A stretch of 64,000 bases of DNA from Tricharina praecox (GCF_024521635.1 NW_026250427.1:1-64000); one strand, 5' to 3'; shown: positions 23,801 through 38,100, counted from the stretch's first letter. A program made the numbers and translations. Notes: generated by a model not told the origin, from the sequence alone.

Positions 23801-26180
23801 TCCCGAGATATGCAATTGGTGGTGGTGGTGACAGTGGTGGCCGTTTGGCGATGCCATCATGCCAGCGCCGGTATAGTGGTTCGCCAGGCAAACGCCGCGG
23901 CATGCGGTCATCATCTTCGGTATTTGTGACCGTGGGGTGCCGTATGTACTGCGATACCTACCTACCTTCCCGGTGAATCATGGGGAATAGGCAGCTGGGC
24001 ACTCTAAGTGGAGGGGGAAGCAGTGCAGACAATCCGCCGGATCGGGGCGATATAGTGATCATGTACATGTCATGTTTGCAGCGGACGAAGCCCCGAGAAA
24101 GAAACCGCCCGGGAGACTCGGGGGAGCCATCTGACTGGAACGCTATGCCGCATCTACACTTGCATGCATGCCGCAGAGTGCGTATGATGTACTACTTGTT
24201 CAACTGTCGTTCTGGAAATATCATATCTGACGTCGAAGGATTTCCCCCCCTCCCCCCACGCGCATGAGATGGACCTTTATGCGTCTCGATTTTTGAATTT
24301 TCCCCTCCACCAGCACAAAACCGGTATGCATCTACAAAGGTATGCACTCGCCCTCTAAGTAGCAGCAGTACCACCACGTGGGGGGGCTTCTATGCAGGTT
24401 TGGCGCTTGTCACGGTCGATGCTCCGTCTCCGCAAACAGCCACCCGACTTTGCCCGAACCTCGTCATGAGGTGGAACTCGTCTCGCGAGTGACAGTCTGT
24501 GATGTATTCAGGCTGCAAGAGCCTTGCGATCAGGAGCATAGGTGGGTGAGGGTTGGGATTGCAGGTATCTTCGGGACTGTCACTGCGTCTGATTCTATTG
24601 CGTTTCCATCAGAGAGGTTACAACAAGGTCCAAGCGTAACGTATGTGCGAGCGAGCAGAGAACCTCATTCACCGTGCAAGCGAGCTGTCACGGTCACTAA
24701 CTACTATGTAGTAGGGCTTGTCACTCAATCGTCACACCAAATTCCACTGACTATCGCTGCTCTCGGTCGCGAGCGTCGCGAACCTCTATGCTGCTTGTGA
24801 TACCTATTCCCGGACGAGAATTGTGGAGTCTACAGACCACCCGAGTGACTGCGGAAAGGTATCACATTGTTGTACGGGCTCACACCGCGTTACGCGCTAT
24901 CTCGGCTAAAAAAAACAGTACAAAACTATGCCTGGCCTCTTCGGGAACAATGAGACCTTGCAAGCCAGCTAGTGCCGTGGAAGACCCACCCCCTCCCGTC
25001 GTCCGGGATCTCTCAGTCTTCATTAGGCCTCGAGTGTGAAGTGGCTGGAAAAGGAATATCGGAGGCTAACTAGTATCGAGAAGACGCGGCTGTCAGGGAG
25101 ATGCGCGCTGGGAGGCACTCTAAAGGAGCACGGACATGTGGCTTCCTATGTAGGGTTGGTCACAGTGCTACTTCTAAGCCCGCTCCTCCAAGCCCGCTCC
25201 TCCAAGCCGGCCCTCCAAACCGGCCCTTTCAAGCCCGCCATATCGACCGGACTATTCCAAATCTTGTACTTTCACCTCTCCGGATACTAACGCGCTCTTT
25301 CGAACCCCAGACACGGGTGTCATGGCCGAAGGCTCCTGAAATCCCCTACCCGACTCCTCTATTCATTTAGTGAGCTGAACCAGAGACATTATGCAGACAA
25401 TTCTGAACATCAATCAGCCCCGTGCCACTTCCCCAGCCTGTATGTATACTCGAGGCGCTGTTTTCCGCTTGGATGGTTAGACACTACAGTAAGCGCTTAC
25501 TACGGCCCGGCTGTAGATAGGTATCCGCCCCCACACGTCTATCCTATCCGCTAGGTCCGCGCACCTGCCAACAGCTGTCAACCGCCAGCCTTCAATCCGA
25601 CCTCCTACGTAGGCTACATACCACTACCAAAGTCCAAAGTATTCGCCTCGCTGAGTGAACCTCATAGCTTCAAGGCATCGCCATGCACACGTGTCGAGTA
25701 TGTAGGTATCATTCGGTAATCCACCCCACCCTACAGTATGTAATCCGTCTGCCGCGCTGGTCAGTGGTCACTGTCGGCCATATATTCGCCGCTGTGTGTG
25801 CCCACAGGCTGCCGCTATTTCAACCTTTCGACCTTTTTTGAGCACGGCTCGTTCGTACCGTCCTTTCCTTTCCTTTCCCTGGCGGCAAACATGGCTTCGT
25901 CCCGTCGAGTGCTTGTGCAAAACCTTGGGCCCTGTCGTGGTACATATATCGGTGCAGCAAACGGTACCGTTCCCTTGCGGCTCTGCCCTTCGCCGGTACC
26001 GGAAGCTCCCCGGTGTCGGTACTGACGAGTACTGTTTGTAAATTCGTGATTTTCCTGTTTTCCCATCTTAGGCAAACAACCAAAGCCATCACTACCACCA
26101 ACTCAAGCACCGTCAACCCACCCACCATCAACCCACCCACCACTGTCAACACAGCACCACGACCAACGCAACCAGCAAAC

Positions 26181-27654
26181 ATGGCTTCCGACAAAAATAA
26201 TTTGCAGGGTCCAGACGCAGCCACGCCTCAAGAGCACCAGCCGTCACGTCTCGACTACGAGCGAGATGCTTCGGAGCCGGAAGACGCAGATGACGGCTCG
26301 GACGGGGAGCTACGAGAATACGAGCTTTCGTATGCGGAATCCGCGTCTAGCAGCGAGTCGGAAGAAGACGCTCTCTCTTCCAGCGACTCGGAGTCAGATA
26401 CCCCTCCGGCATTGCAGGCTGGACACGAAACCAGTAGCAGCACAAATGGCGGTAAGGGCAGGAAGGGTTCAGAACAGGTTAGTAGTTAGCGCGCAATAAT
26501 GCTGAGTATATACAGCGGTGTATGTACTGACAGTTAATTAGGGAAACAATGCGCAACCTGAAACTGGTGAGGAGATTGAATTCGCACCAGAGGATGTGGA
26601 ATTCTTCGACAGTTTCGTCCACAAGATTCTGGAGGCCGCGGAGGAGCACGCGGCAACGAACAACAACAAGTTTACCAGCTCGCAGATCCTCAAGATATCC
26701 CGCATCATGCTTTCCGGACACTTCAAAGCTGGACGGTACAAGGTGAAGAAAGTCTCTGCCTGGAATCTGTACCAGTCGGCCATCAAGGATAATATGCCGG
26801 ACACGGTTCGTCTTCCGAAGATGAAACCGAAGGAACGTCCCCAGTTCACTGGAGACTATGCGAAAGCCGCGGCGGAGGGCTGGCAGGAACACAAGGAGGA
26901 GTATGAAGAGAAGGCGCGTCTCCTCAATGAAGCGGGGGGTAAGATCACAGAGGTCCCACTACCGCTGCTGCAGAAAAGGGGTGTACGTAGACTGAGTGAC
27001 TTGGTAAGGCTCACAGCAACCCCCACTGAATAGAGTACTGTCCGACATTGTGTGGTATAATACTCAATACTGACGATATCATGTTCAAGAGCCAGGAACT
27101 CTGCGGCATTGGAGTCACGATGTTGTCATTTGTGGTTCCATCTCACGCCAACGGTCCAACTCTTTTACTCAGCAATGGTCTCGCATGCAGCTACTACGGT
27201 ATCCTTGCTCAGTCAGGTCATACTATTGAACAGTTCGAGAGCTTTGTTTCCACCAGCCGTCTGTTGAAGGAGACGAAGGATGCTCAGGATTCTCAGAGTG
27301 ACTATTCCGGGACTGGTGGCCGGGATGCAATGCGCAAGGTTGTCAACAGCAGACTTCTTGATCTTCTCAGTAAGTTGCAGTATTGTACACTCCAGTCACG
27401 CAAATTGACATACTGACCTATTAGACGATTCTCGAGGAGCGCACGCAATGTTGAAGAAATTGCCGAGATCAAACATTCTTGAAGTTCTGAAGGCACGCAA
27501 GCAAAAGATCATAGTTCCTGAAGACTGGCCTGAAGCCAACCGCGGCAGCGAAAGCCAAATCCTAGCCACGATATTCGGCTCTACGCATCTAGAGGACCTA
27601 CGCCTGACTTTCGAAGCGCTTCAGAGCGGAGGATTGGCAGTTGTCAAACGTTGA
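26181..27654 (+). CDS. Hypothetical ~422-aa protein with acidic N-terminus and HMG-box-like segment
   Basis: Four exons (26181-26477, 26542-27003, 27090-27369, 27425-27654) join in frame via GT-AG introns with CTGAC branch points; KVSAWNLYQS...AKAAAEGWQEHKEEYEEKARLLN. Confidence 0.65.
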
Positions 27655-27904
27655 GTTTCTGTACGCGAGGGCACTGATCTGTCTCGATTGCTTTGGTGGG
27701 AAAAGTTTTTTGAATTCTTTATGATTTACCTACATACCTAGACTCTTTATCTCCGTGCCGGTCGGTGACATGCCGATAGTTCTTGGAATTAAGAAAATAA
27801 ATTTGTTTGGGTCAATACAACCTGATTCTGGCAGATACCTACAGCCTTGTACGCACAAAGGGCTCAGCTACGAAGAGGCCGAATGATTTATCCTGATCCA
27901 CCAA

Positions 27905-28028
27905 ACCTCGTTGACATAAACCACCTTACCTAGCCCTCCACCACCTTCACTACACTCACCTCGTCGACATAAACCACCTTACCTCACCTTACCTAAACTT
28001 CCACCACCTTCACTACACTCACCTCGTC
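27905..28028. repeat. Imperfect tandem repeat (~54-64 bp unit, 2 copies)
   Basis: ACCTCGTYGACATAAACCACCTTACCT...CCACCACCTTCACTACACTC occurs twice. Confidence 0.8.
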
Positions 28029-28265
28029 CACCGGTTTGACCGTCTCCAACACTACCACCGTCTCCAACACCACCACCAAATATAACACCGAAGAGAATAA
28101 GGATGAGAAAAAACTCAGTTCATGTCCACCTCCTCGGACATCCAGGGATGGACGGGATCGACGTGGTAAGCGCGAAGGTTCCCGAAGGCCAGGTTGGGAA
28201 GTGGTTGAACACTAGAGGGGCTGCGAGGTTGATGTTGGATGGAGCGGCCATCGGAGCTGGCAAGA

Positions 28266-28348
28266 GAGCGGGCAACGGAGCGGACAAGGGAGCGGGAAAC
28301 GGGGCGGACAACGGAGCGGGCAACAGGGCGGACAACGGAGCGGACAAT
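28266..28348. repeat. 12-bp minisatellite, ~7 copies (GGAGCGGRCAAC-like)
   Basis: Directly visible; encodes GA(G/D)N repeats at the end of ORF 28103-28351. Confidence 0.8.
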
Positions 28349-31059
28349 TGAGCGGGTGGAGTGGGTGGGGAGTTTCACGTTGACGACATCAACCGGGAGG
28401 ATCTGTTGTAATAGATATCTCACTCGTTGCTTAGTCGCTTACGCGGTCATGACGGCGGGGAGCACTACCTAGCCGCCTACATACCACCCCTCTTTTATGT
28501 CTTCTCTCGAGGCTTTCAGTCTCTACAATAATCCAATACTTGTTCACACATTCCAACAGGGTCCAATACTGGATCGCCTTCAATTGTGAATGTACGTTAT
28601 AGGTATTAATCTCAGCACCTATGAGCTGAGATCTTTCGAGTACATAATGTACTGCAATTGCGCCCGTTCCTGCAGCTGCCTCTTGAAAGGAAGGCTAGGT
28701 ATTTTCCGTCTTCCCCGGTCGAACCCAGATAGAACAGCCTTTTGTTCCCGTCACGGACATCGACAATATGTCCGGGCCGGCCTTTTCTATGCCGAGCTAA
28801 CTACTCGCCGAACATTAAAGCACAGCACAGAGATTGAGTCCCTTCCTACGAATTTCCGAATCCGATCTCGCCGAGGTGATTTTCTCTGTGCCCCCACCGA
28901 GATATCTAGCCAGCAATGCACACGAGATGGATGATGACTCCGGTGCGGTGTAGGTATATAACTGCGGTACCTACGCCCCGGGGGTTCACCCATCATCAAG
29001 CTCGGAAATGCGCCCGTTGATGCAGGACGGGAGTCGCGCTGCAGCCGCAGCTGCCGTGTACTGGAACGTTTGGCCTACGCAGTGCGGTATTCAGGCTCAC
29101 CGACGGGCGTCCGTCGTCGTCGGCGGCTCCTGTTCGTGTTGACGACGATTTACCTAGATAGCGATTCTCGTTCAAAAGCCACATGATACATCATCAAGCC
29201 ATGTCGTCACTCGTTGAAGATTTTGCACATTGGTCATGGGTATTGGTAATATTTGCACGGCTCGAGGCTGGAGGATCCTGTTTATTTTCCATACCTACTT
29301 GCTTTTGCTTCTGTCTGGTATGTCTGGTATGTCTGGTATGTACCTAACGGGCAGTGAAGCCGTGGTGAGAACGGCAAACCGATCACCGTCCGAAGGTGAC
29401 GACCGACTCCTCTGAGCACAACCTATCATAATAGCATCGAGACGAACGAAGCAATACTGCATAGAGAGGAGAAAAAACTGGAAGGCAATCCCCACTTTAC
29501 TAGTGGCCTTCAATTCGACCTTCGCAGGAGGTAGAATTAACTCTACCACAGTTGTTTGCTGATTAGCATTCACGAAAGAAAAATGGCCTTGATACATCCA
29601 ATAAAGAGTAATTTTATTTTGGACGCCGAGTTGTGGGAACGAGTGTGCTCCTGTGAGTAGTCCACTAGCCGTTCGGAGGACCGGTGGTGGGTGCTTAGAA
29701 CACTCGGTGCGGTAGCGGGTCCAAGTTCGGGTTTATTTCTTTCTTTCTCTCTCTCTTTCTTGTACCTGTAGCTCTAAGACACAAACATCACTTCTCCCCA
29801 TCTCGATCGTTCCAGTGATCACCACCACGAGTCCTTCCAACACGAGTAACCAGCACGGACTCGGAGGGGGGTAAATTTTCAACCGCGGGGATGCTCGGTC
29901 GAAGATTTTCCCTGGATTAACTAGCACCTAGCCTATCCTCTTCACCGGGGAGCCACACTGCCACAGACGCCGCACCTAAAATATCGTTTTCCGGAAGTTC
30001 GGCCGGTTGCTGGTCGGGCTTGCCGTGGTGTCCCGGTTCTCCGCCGACCCACTCTAGCACAGCCCCGTGCTTACGTACGTAGCGGGATGCTTGGCGACCA
30101 AGCATCTCTGCGAGCTCGGAACAACAGCCCTCATTCAATGTGGCCAACGCTATTCACCAGCCACACATCCACACCTCACATACCGATTTTCGTCGCGACA
30201 AAGAGAATTGACGAGACAGACGAACCAAAGAGAATAGACAGATGTCAGAGCAGATGTCAAAACAGCTGTCAAAATCTCTTGGGGTACGTGGAAAATTGGA
30301 GTAGCTAAGGCGGGTTGCTGCCGACCCAGATGATCAGATTGGTGTGTGGCTGATGAGGCTGTGGCGTTCCGCAGGCCACATCATTGAATGAGCGACTCAA
30401 GTCTCAACGACTCGTCACTCAGCGAGTACATAGAGTACTTTCACCACCAAGAATAGAACACCATGCCATGGGGATGATCATTTCTCTCCATCAGCCCCCT
30501 CGAGTTACGTGGAGCAGAGAACCCGTGGCACGTAACATGGCCGGCCGACCTGCTATTGCTTGCGTCAGTCGCCAGTCCGCCGTAGACCAAGGCCGGAATA
30601 GTTAGATTGGCCCTGGTTCGGGCGTACGAGTACTGCCATAGCTTCAAAGCATTCCAAAACTGAGCGTGACACGGACAACCAAAACAACCAGCTGGGCACC
30701 ACTCATTTCCTTCCCCCTCTCTCTCTCTCTCCCTCTCCCGTCCATCTCCCTCTCCCTCTCCCTCTCCCTCCCTCTTTCTCGATACCTCCTCCCCATTCAT
30801 CCTTCCGAGGGATCCTCACGAACTGCGCAGACGCACAAACCCACCTTCCACTTGTTGCGCATCCCTGAAAGGTCATCCGCACACCACTACCACTCGACCC
30901 ATTCTATTACGACGACCACCACTCCACCGTACCCCCCACCAACACCTTCGTGATTTAAACCGATACAACTTCGCCTGAGACATCGCTCCGAACCGATCGG
31001 GTACCTTCCGCCCCCGCCTCGACCCGTCCCCGGAAGGCCCCGCCCCTCCATCTAGAACA

Positions 31060-32774
31060 ATGGCTGCCGCCAGCTACTACGGCGCCGGCACCCCAGCTGA
31101 CCAGAACAAGCTCAACGCTCCCACCTCCCCCGTAGACTCGCCGGTGGGCGATACCAACAAGCCGCTCCCGCCGCCCCACCAGAGCTCCTTCCCTCCCACG
31201 CACCAGAATACGTTCCCTCCGACACACGTCGACGCCGGATACAACGATGACCTCTCGTATGCTCCCAACCACTACTCGAGATACTCCGCCGATACCGGAT
31301 ACGACCCGCATTCTTATGGTAACCGTCCCGGTGACAGTCCCACAAAGTACAATTCCGACCCGTTCTCGGACAACATCCCGCTTCACGAGACCGGCCACAA
31401 GAATCAGCCGCCCAGCACACAGTTCCAGCAGCCGCCCATGTCGCACGTCGAGAACGGGGGCTCCCAGTACCCCCCGTACCCACCACCGCCTACGGACCGG
31501 AGAAAGCGGAAGAAGTCGTGGAGATCGCGGCCGTGGTTCGTGTACTTCATGACGCTAGTCCACACGATCGTTTTCTGCGTCGAGTTGGGGCGCAACCAGG
31601 CCTTGCAGGGATCGCCAATCTCGACGAAACCGTACTTCAATCCCATGATCGGCCCGTCGACGGATGTCCTGATCAACATGGGCGCGCGCTTCGTACCGTG
31701 CATGCGCCTTGCGCCCAAGTTCATGAACGCCGACCCGACCCAGGTGTTCCCGTGTCCCTCCAGGACCGATGACTTGCTCAACTGCACGCTTGCTCAGTGG
31801 TGTGGGTTCAATGGAAGGGATATTCCGGAGCCCATGGGCGGAAAAGGGCCGGCAGATAGCAAGCCCGATCAGTGGTACCGGTTCATTATCCCGATGTTTT
31901 ACCACGCCGGTTTGATCCATCTCGCTTTCAACATGTTTATGCAGGTTACGCTAGGTGGAGAGATGGAGCTGGAGATTGGAGTGGTGCGGTTCATCATCGT
32001 GTATTTCTGCTCCGGAATCTTTGGTTTCGTGCTCGGAGGCAATCTCGGCGCAGTTGGTCAGCCATCGGTGTAAGTTCACTCCGCTCCCCCACCCCCGGAT
32101 GTCGTCCGAAACGTTCATACTAACGGGTGGTACTCGATTGTAGGGGTGCTTCTGGCTCACTCTTCGGAATCTTTGCGCTCGTCATGCTTGACCTGTTCTA
32201 CACGTGGAAGGAACGGGAATCTCCCAAAAAAGACCTTATCTTCCTTTTGCTGGACATCATCATAGCATTTGTCCTAGGGCTCCTGCCGGCAATCGACAAT
32301 TTCTCCCATATTGGCGGGTTCATATGCGGGATCTGCCTCGGGGTGGCGCTCATGCGATCCCCTAACCAACTGCGGAAGAGGATCGGCACCACGGCATCGG
32401 ACCCACCATACACTCCCGCGACTTCCACGAACCCCTACAACACGTCAAGCGGTGGAAACGAACTCATCGGCTTCCGCGGCTTCGTCAAGCAGCCACTCGC
32501 TTTCTTTAAGGGCCGCAAATCCCTGTGGTGGGCCTGGTGGCTCGTCCGGGCTGGCATGTTCACGCTCATCCTAGTTGTGTTCGTAGTACTGATCAACAAC
32601 TTTTACTTGCCGACGATGAAGACGTGCTCGTGGTGCAAGTACCTGAGCTGCATGCCGGTCAACGGTTGGTGTGATATGTACGATGACCTCGGCATCAAGA
32701 CGGTGAATGTCACGTCCGGCTCGAGGATGCTGATGAACAGAGAGCTGCTGGGAGGTTTGGATGAGTTTCTCTGA
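31060..32774 (+). CDS. Rhomboid family intramembrane serine protease
   Basis: NPMIGPS, QWYRFIIPMFYHAGLIHLAFN, spliced SVGASG (catalytic Ser), IDNFSHIGG (catalytic His). Intron 32070-32143. Confidence 0.93.
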
Positions 32775-33592
32775 GCATTTGGCTACGTGGGTTTGGGGGG
32801 ATGGAATAGGAGCATAGCGTGGAACTGAAGAACTCTAAGCTGGCAGCTGTTTTTTCCCGGGGTGTTCTGTTTTTCTTTTCTGTTACTTTTCATGGCTGCT
32901 ACGAAAGCATCCGCTTTTTTCTTTTTTTCTTCTTTTTTTGCGGACTGTTTGGGATACCATCAAAATAGTTGCCATGAATGTGTTTTCCACCTGTATCACT
33001 TGTATTTTGCTTTCCACGGCGCAGGGGGATGGGGCTGGTTGGAGGGTTTAAGAAGACGTTTGAATTGTCATGAGATGGATAATACAAAGTGGCTCTTCTT
33101 GACTTCTTATTTACTTGGTTACTGCCTATGAGTGATGCGGAAGTGTCGTGTGTTTGTGGAAACCGAAGAAATCTCTCCTGGAGTAGCTGAGTTGCTGTGA
33201 ACTTGGCCTGTGAGGGACAATCTTACAATAATAGGCACATATTTCCAAGCTCCAACGATCTATGATCTGACCTCCATCACCCTAAACTGGCCTGCTCCCT
33301 TCATCTGCAAGGAATGTGTTGATCGTGATCCGGCTGTGCTACACATGCTGGAATTCTTACTAAGCTCAAGCTGTCTAGCACCGGCATGGAACCACGGAAT
33401 TCCAGCACCACGCGTCTCCTCCCCGCCGTGCCCACCCCCTAAAGGGCCGAATTCTCAGAAGAACACCATCTTTGCATCTTTCGCATCCGCATCCCACGCT
33501 CCCTCGCAAGAAACGCACGACGACGCAAAAACAGGCCCGCAAAACAAAACAAAGCAAAAGTGGCGAAAACAACGTTCGATTCCATCATCCCC

Positions 33593-35175
33593 ATGGACTC
33601 GGGTACGCCGACGGTATCCGGTCCCCGGCGGCGTCGCTCCCGCTTCACATGTCGCCGCCTCGATAAGCTGTGCTGTCTGGTCGCCGGCTACTTCCCGCTG
33701 TTCTTCGTGTACGGCGTGACCTCGTGGGCGCTCTACACCGAGGCCTACAGCATCGGCTACCGCACTCTGGGCGGCTTTCAAGGTGCGTGCTCGTCCCCGT
33801 CGGTCCGTCCATACGGAGAGGGCTCATGGTCTTAGGATAGGCCTGTTTTGGGGGGGCCTCGGTGTGCTGTTCTATGTTCTGCTGATGTGGTCGTACACGC
33901 ACGCCGTGTTCACCAGTCCCGGGACGCCGATGGACAATGTGGGCCTCTCCGAGTATTGCGACTAACTATTGACCGTCACTGACATCTCGACAGAAGCACG
34001 CCTACTCGCACCTCCCCACCACCGAATCTATCTCCACCTCTTCCGTCACGGTAAAATCCGACGGCCAGGAGCGCTTCTGCAAGAAATGTCAATGCCGCAA
34101 GCCTGACCGAACCCATCACTGCTCGTCGTGCCGCACCTGTGTACTGAAGATGGACCACCACTGTCCGTGGCTAGCGAACTGTCTCGGGCTACGTAACTAC
34201 AAAGCATTCCTGCTGTTCCTAATCTACACTTCGCTGTTCTGCATGGTGTGTTTCGCCGCTTCGTTGAAGCTCGTCTACCAAGAGCTATTCGCCAACGGCC
34301 CACCGGCAGACGGGCAGCCCAACCCCATCGACGACCTCGCGCCGATCAATTGGGTTCTCCTCCTCGTGATCTCGGGGATCATCGGCCTGGTCATAACCGG
34401 CTTCACGATCTGGCACCTGATGCTCACCGGCAGCAACACGACGACCATCGAATCCCTCGAAAAGGTGCGGTACACTGCGCCGTCGCTGCGCAACGGCGCA
34501 CCCCCGCCCGGAGCCCGCCTGCTGGATGACTACTCCACGCCGCACCACGAAGCGAACCGCTACGGCGCCTACCTCCTCGAAGAGTCCTCCAAGAAGCTGC
34601 CGCACGCCTTCAACCTCGGGCGGCGCCGAAACTTCGCGCAGGTCTTTGGCGGTAAGGAAAAGTGGCTTCTCTGGTTCTTCCCGGTATTCTCTGGTGTCGG
34701 CGACGGCTGGAACTGGGAGACGAGCAAGTCGTGGCAAGACGCGGCGATCGCGCTGCGCGCAGAGCGCGAGAAGTGGCTGCGCGAGCAGGGCGAGCGCGAG
34801 CGCGCCGCGGGCTGGGGCTACGATCCGGCTGAGGAGCAGGCGTGGAATAGAGGCAATCCAGACGGCCTGGTCAAGTTTGCGGGCTCGGCGCCGCCGCAGC
34901 CCCAGCCCCAGCCGCAGCCGCAACACAAGCGTGCAAGGTCAAAGGCGGATAAGCTCCTAGGCCGCACCCCGGGCGCGTACACAGATTCGGAGGGCGTGCC
35001 TCTGAGGAAGATGAAGCGTCCGCCGAGTATGCATGCGGTCGAGACGGACTCGGATGAGGAGAGCGATGACGACGTGCAGTTGAAACTGAAACCCGTCCGG
35101 TGGGGCCGCGGGAAGAAGCCACATCCCCATCCGCATCCGAATAATGACGATGCGGAGTGGGGGACTTGGAATTGA
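33593..35175 (+). CDS. PFA3: DHHC palmitoyltransferase, Pfa3-like
   Basis: RFCKKCQCRKPDRTHHCSSCRTCVLKMDHHCPWLANCLGLRNYKAFLLFLIY, TTIESLEK. Introns 33783-33840 and 33939-33993. Confidence 0.88.
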
Positions 35176-38100
35176 GTCCGTGGAGTGGAGTTGGCGCAGA
35201 GTAGATGGGTGCTATGTATTTTTATGCGGTGTGGCGATGCGGCGCGGGGATTCCGACGGGCGTGGGGCGTGTGGATGGATGTTTGATTTTTGCATGTTTG
35301 GTTGCGGTTGCGGTTGCAGGGCTTGCCTTTTGCGTTTTCTGGGGTCTCTTCTTCTTCTCCTTATTCTCCGCCTTCTTCTTCACCGTTGTTTTATACCTTT
35401 CGTTGGTGAGTTCGAAAATATCATACTTGCAATACCAATAGCCACATCAGCTCTCACTCGGCCGAAGGGCTGCTTTGCTGATTTTGGAGTTGCTCCTGAG
35501 GGTTCATTGCTAATAGTTTCTATATTGTGGATTATGTAGGTCACATGCAATTGATGATTAAACAAAGGAAAAAACAAATATGTGCCCCTGATTCCTGAAA
35601 GCACTGGAGTGGAGTCTGGTGGAATTCCTAAGGGTAGATCGTTAGCCAGCTGGGTGCATATGTACGGTATTTCCAAGCTGCAAGCCACAATGGCTGGCTC
35701 AATGGCAACTGGCTGGCTGGCTGGCTAAGAGACGACATCTGGATTTCAAGGTTCCATGATTTTGAATGACTGCTTGAGGCGCTGCCCCGGATGCGTTGGC
35801 CACCAGCGGCGCGGAGTCACCGACTTCCAAGTTCCAAGTTCCTGAGCCGAGTTCTAACTCCCGTCTACTAGGTAGTAGGTGCTTCGTGTTATCCAGCGCC
35901 TGTTCCTACATAAATCGCAAGCTATTACCCCCACAATCATCCTCTCTATCTTGTTGGCCTCTGCCTGTCTGACTAGTAGCTAGCATCTGTCAGAAGTGAA
36001 ATTACCGATCAACGACGACGTGTGCAGTGTGCAGTGTGCACTTGGTTTAGTCCGAGTCGCCGACAGATCGTGCACTTTCTTTGCTTTTCTTTTCCTTTTT
36101 CCTTTTTCCGTTTTCCTTCTTTGAGTAAAGGTGCTCTGCAGACTCAAGATGCCCATCCCATTGCCCACGATTTCGCCATGTCCTTGGGGGAAGTTCCATA
36201 ATCCATTCCATTCTATGCCCACACTACTACATATATCTGCTATGATAGAACGGAGGACATTAACTATTGCCTTATCCACGAGTTCTGTCCCGTCCCGTCC
36301 CGGCCCGTCCCGGCCTCGGGTGGGTGGGTGGGTGATCTTGAACCTTGAACCGTGAACCGTGGGAACGGAAAGGGGATGAACTCAGACCGAGTGCTCTATG
36401 GTCCCCATAAGGTGGGGTCGCCCATGCACACCGAATCGGTCCCTTTCCTATATCCAGCAGTGGTAAATTAGGCGACCAACTAGATAGATACTGTATATAT
36501 CCCGTAAACAGTAGTTGCCGTCACTTCGGTCCTCGTATGTACTAGGTAGTACGGTGCGGATATCACTGCCGCAGCTCCAGATATCTACACATCTAAACTT
36601 CCACCAGCCCTGGATGCTCTCGCAAGGCCGAGTCTCAGGCTGCTGCGCTGCGGTACCACGCTGCGGCGGGATTATCACCGTTACTCAGTGAAGCTTCACC
36701 GCTTCATGGCCGTTTCACGCAGTGGGAAATGGCCGCTGTATATCTAGATGGTCTCCCCCCATAGGCATAGGGTCGCTGGAGACGTCACCAGTGACCCACC
36801 TACGTATGAAATAAACCGACGGCGTAGCACTGGCTGAAATCCCACCTCACCTCAACTCATACATACCAACCAAAAAGCTGCAAAAACCAAACAGCCAAAG
36901 CAGGATTGCCCCAACCCTCCATCCATATGGTGGAAATCCTCTCTGCAGCCGAAACAGCAGGCACAGTTGGTTGGGGGTGGGGTCCGTAACCTGATACACG
37001 GGTCATGGACTCATGCTTGTCGGCGACCCGGAGAGTCAGTCAGTCAGTCAGTCAGTCAGTCAGTGAGTCAGCCCCCCGGTCCGGTTCGCCAAAGGAAAGA
37101 TACGAAGCCGTTCCAAACACCGTACATAACTAACCGGCACGGTGTCTGCTTCCGTTTCCTGTCGTGATTAGTCGCCGGTCCCTGATTACAGAGGCGGAGG
37201 CATTGCTGGGTCGCACAAGTGATGTGGAATATAATCATGTTTGCCGAGCAGAGCTGAGTGGATGGTCCCCCACACTGAACCAATACGCCGGCTCGTCCGG
37301 TATGTAGGAAGCAGGCGCCCCGGATACGGAGGCGATGTCGGCTATTGGATGCAGATGGTGTCGGTTCCACGCTGCTCGCGAGGATGATGTCTCCATCTCC
37401 AAGCACCCGTGGCGGCGAGGATTCGCATGGAGGAAGCGGAATTCACGTCCGTCCGGCGGAGTGACGGCTGTGATCCGGCATCCAGTCCATCCAGTCCATC
37501 CAGTCCGCTGCATCTAGATATCCCAGTGCGTCAATAGAGTATATCTAGTAGAGTAGAGTAGTTATCGTCTGCTGTGTTGCGTATACCGTACTCTATGCGT
37601 GTATGCAAGAACGAAGTGAATGCCTACCTGTGTATATAGAGTGCTCGTACCTAGATGCGCTAGGTATACGGTGTTCATTCCCAATCGGTGTTTGGCCTGG
37701 GGTAAGCGAGGGGCCCCCCTCAAAAAAAAAGAAACGCTGTGTTTCAACGATTCGGGGTCCAGGCCTACTAACACTCTTCCAGATGAACACCGAAACGACC
37801 GTCTTCTCCGCAAGGCTTGATTTGATGTCTCTCTCTCTTGCCCTGCAAGTCAATTTAAATTGTATACGGAATACTATGATGATTACTAACCACTATATGC
37901 TATAGGTGATATAGTACTCTTCGTATGGAGTACGTAAAGCTCGTGAGTGCTCCGGCGGTGGTGGTGGTGGTCGTGTCCTGACCACGGGCCTGGATAGTTA
38001 CCTGGCGGCCGGTTAGTCAGTCCCCCTAGTCTAGCACCGCCTGTCTAATCGAAACTGGGTGGTATCCCCCGCCCCCGGCCACAGGGAGACGAAGTGGGTT

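Noticed and set aside
25622..25632. CACTA terminus for an element around the HMG-like gene
   Set aside because: No matching inverted TAGTG end with subterminal identity or TSD was found.
20900..26000. Many 60-160-aa ORFs here and in 35200-38500 and 40700-43100
   Set aside because: No recognisable motifs or consistent exon structure; expected by chance in GC-rich intergenic DNA.
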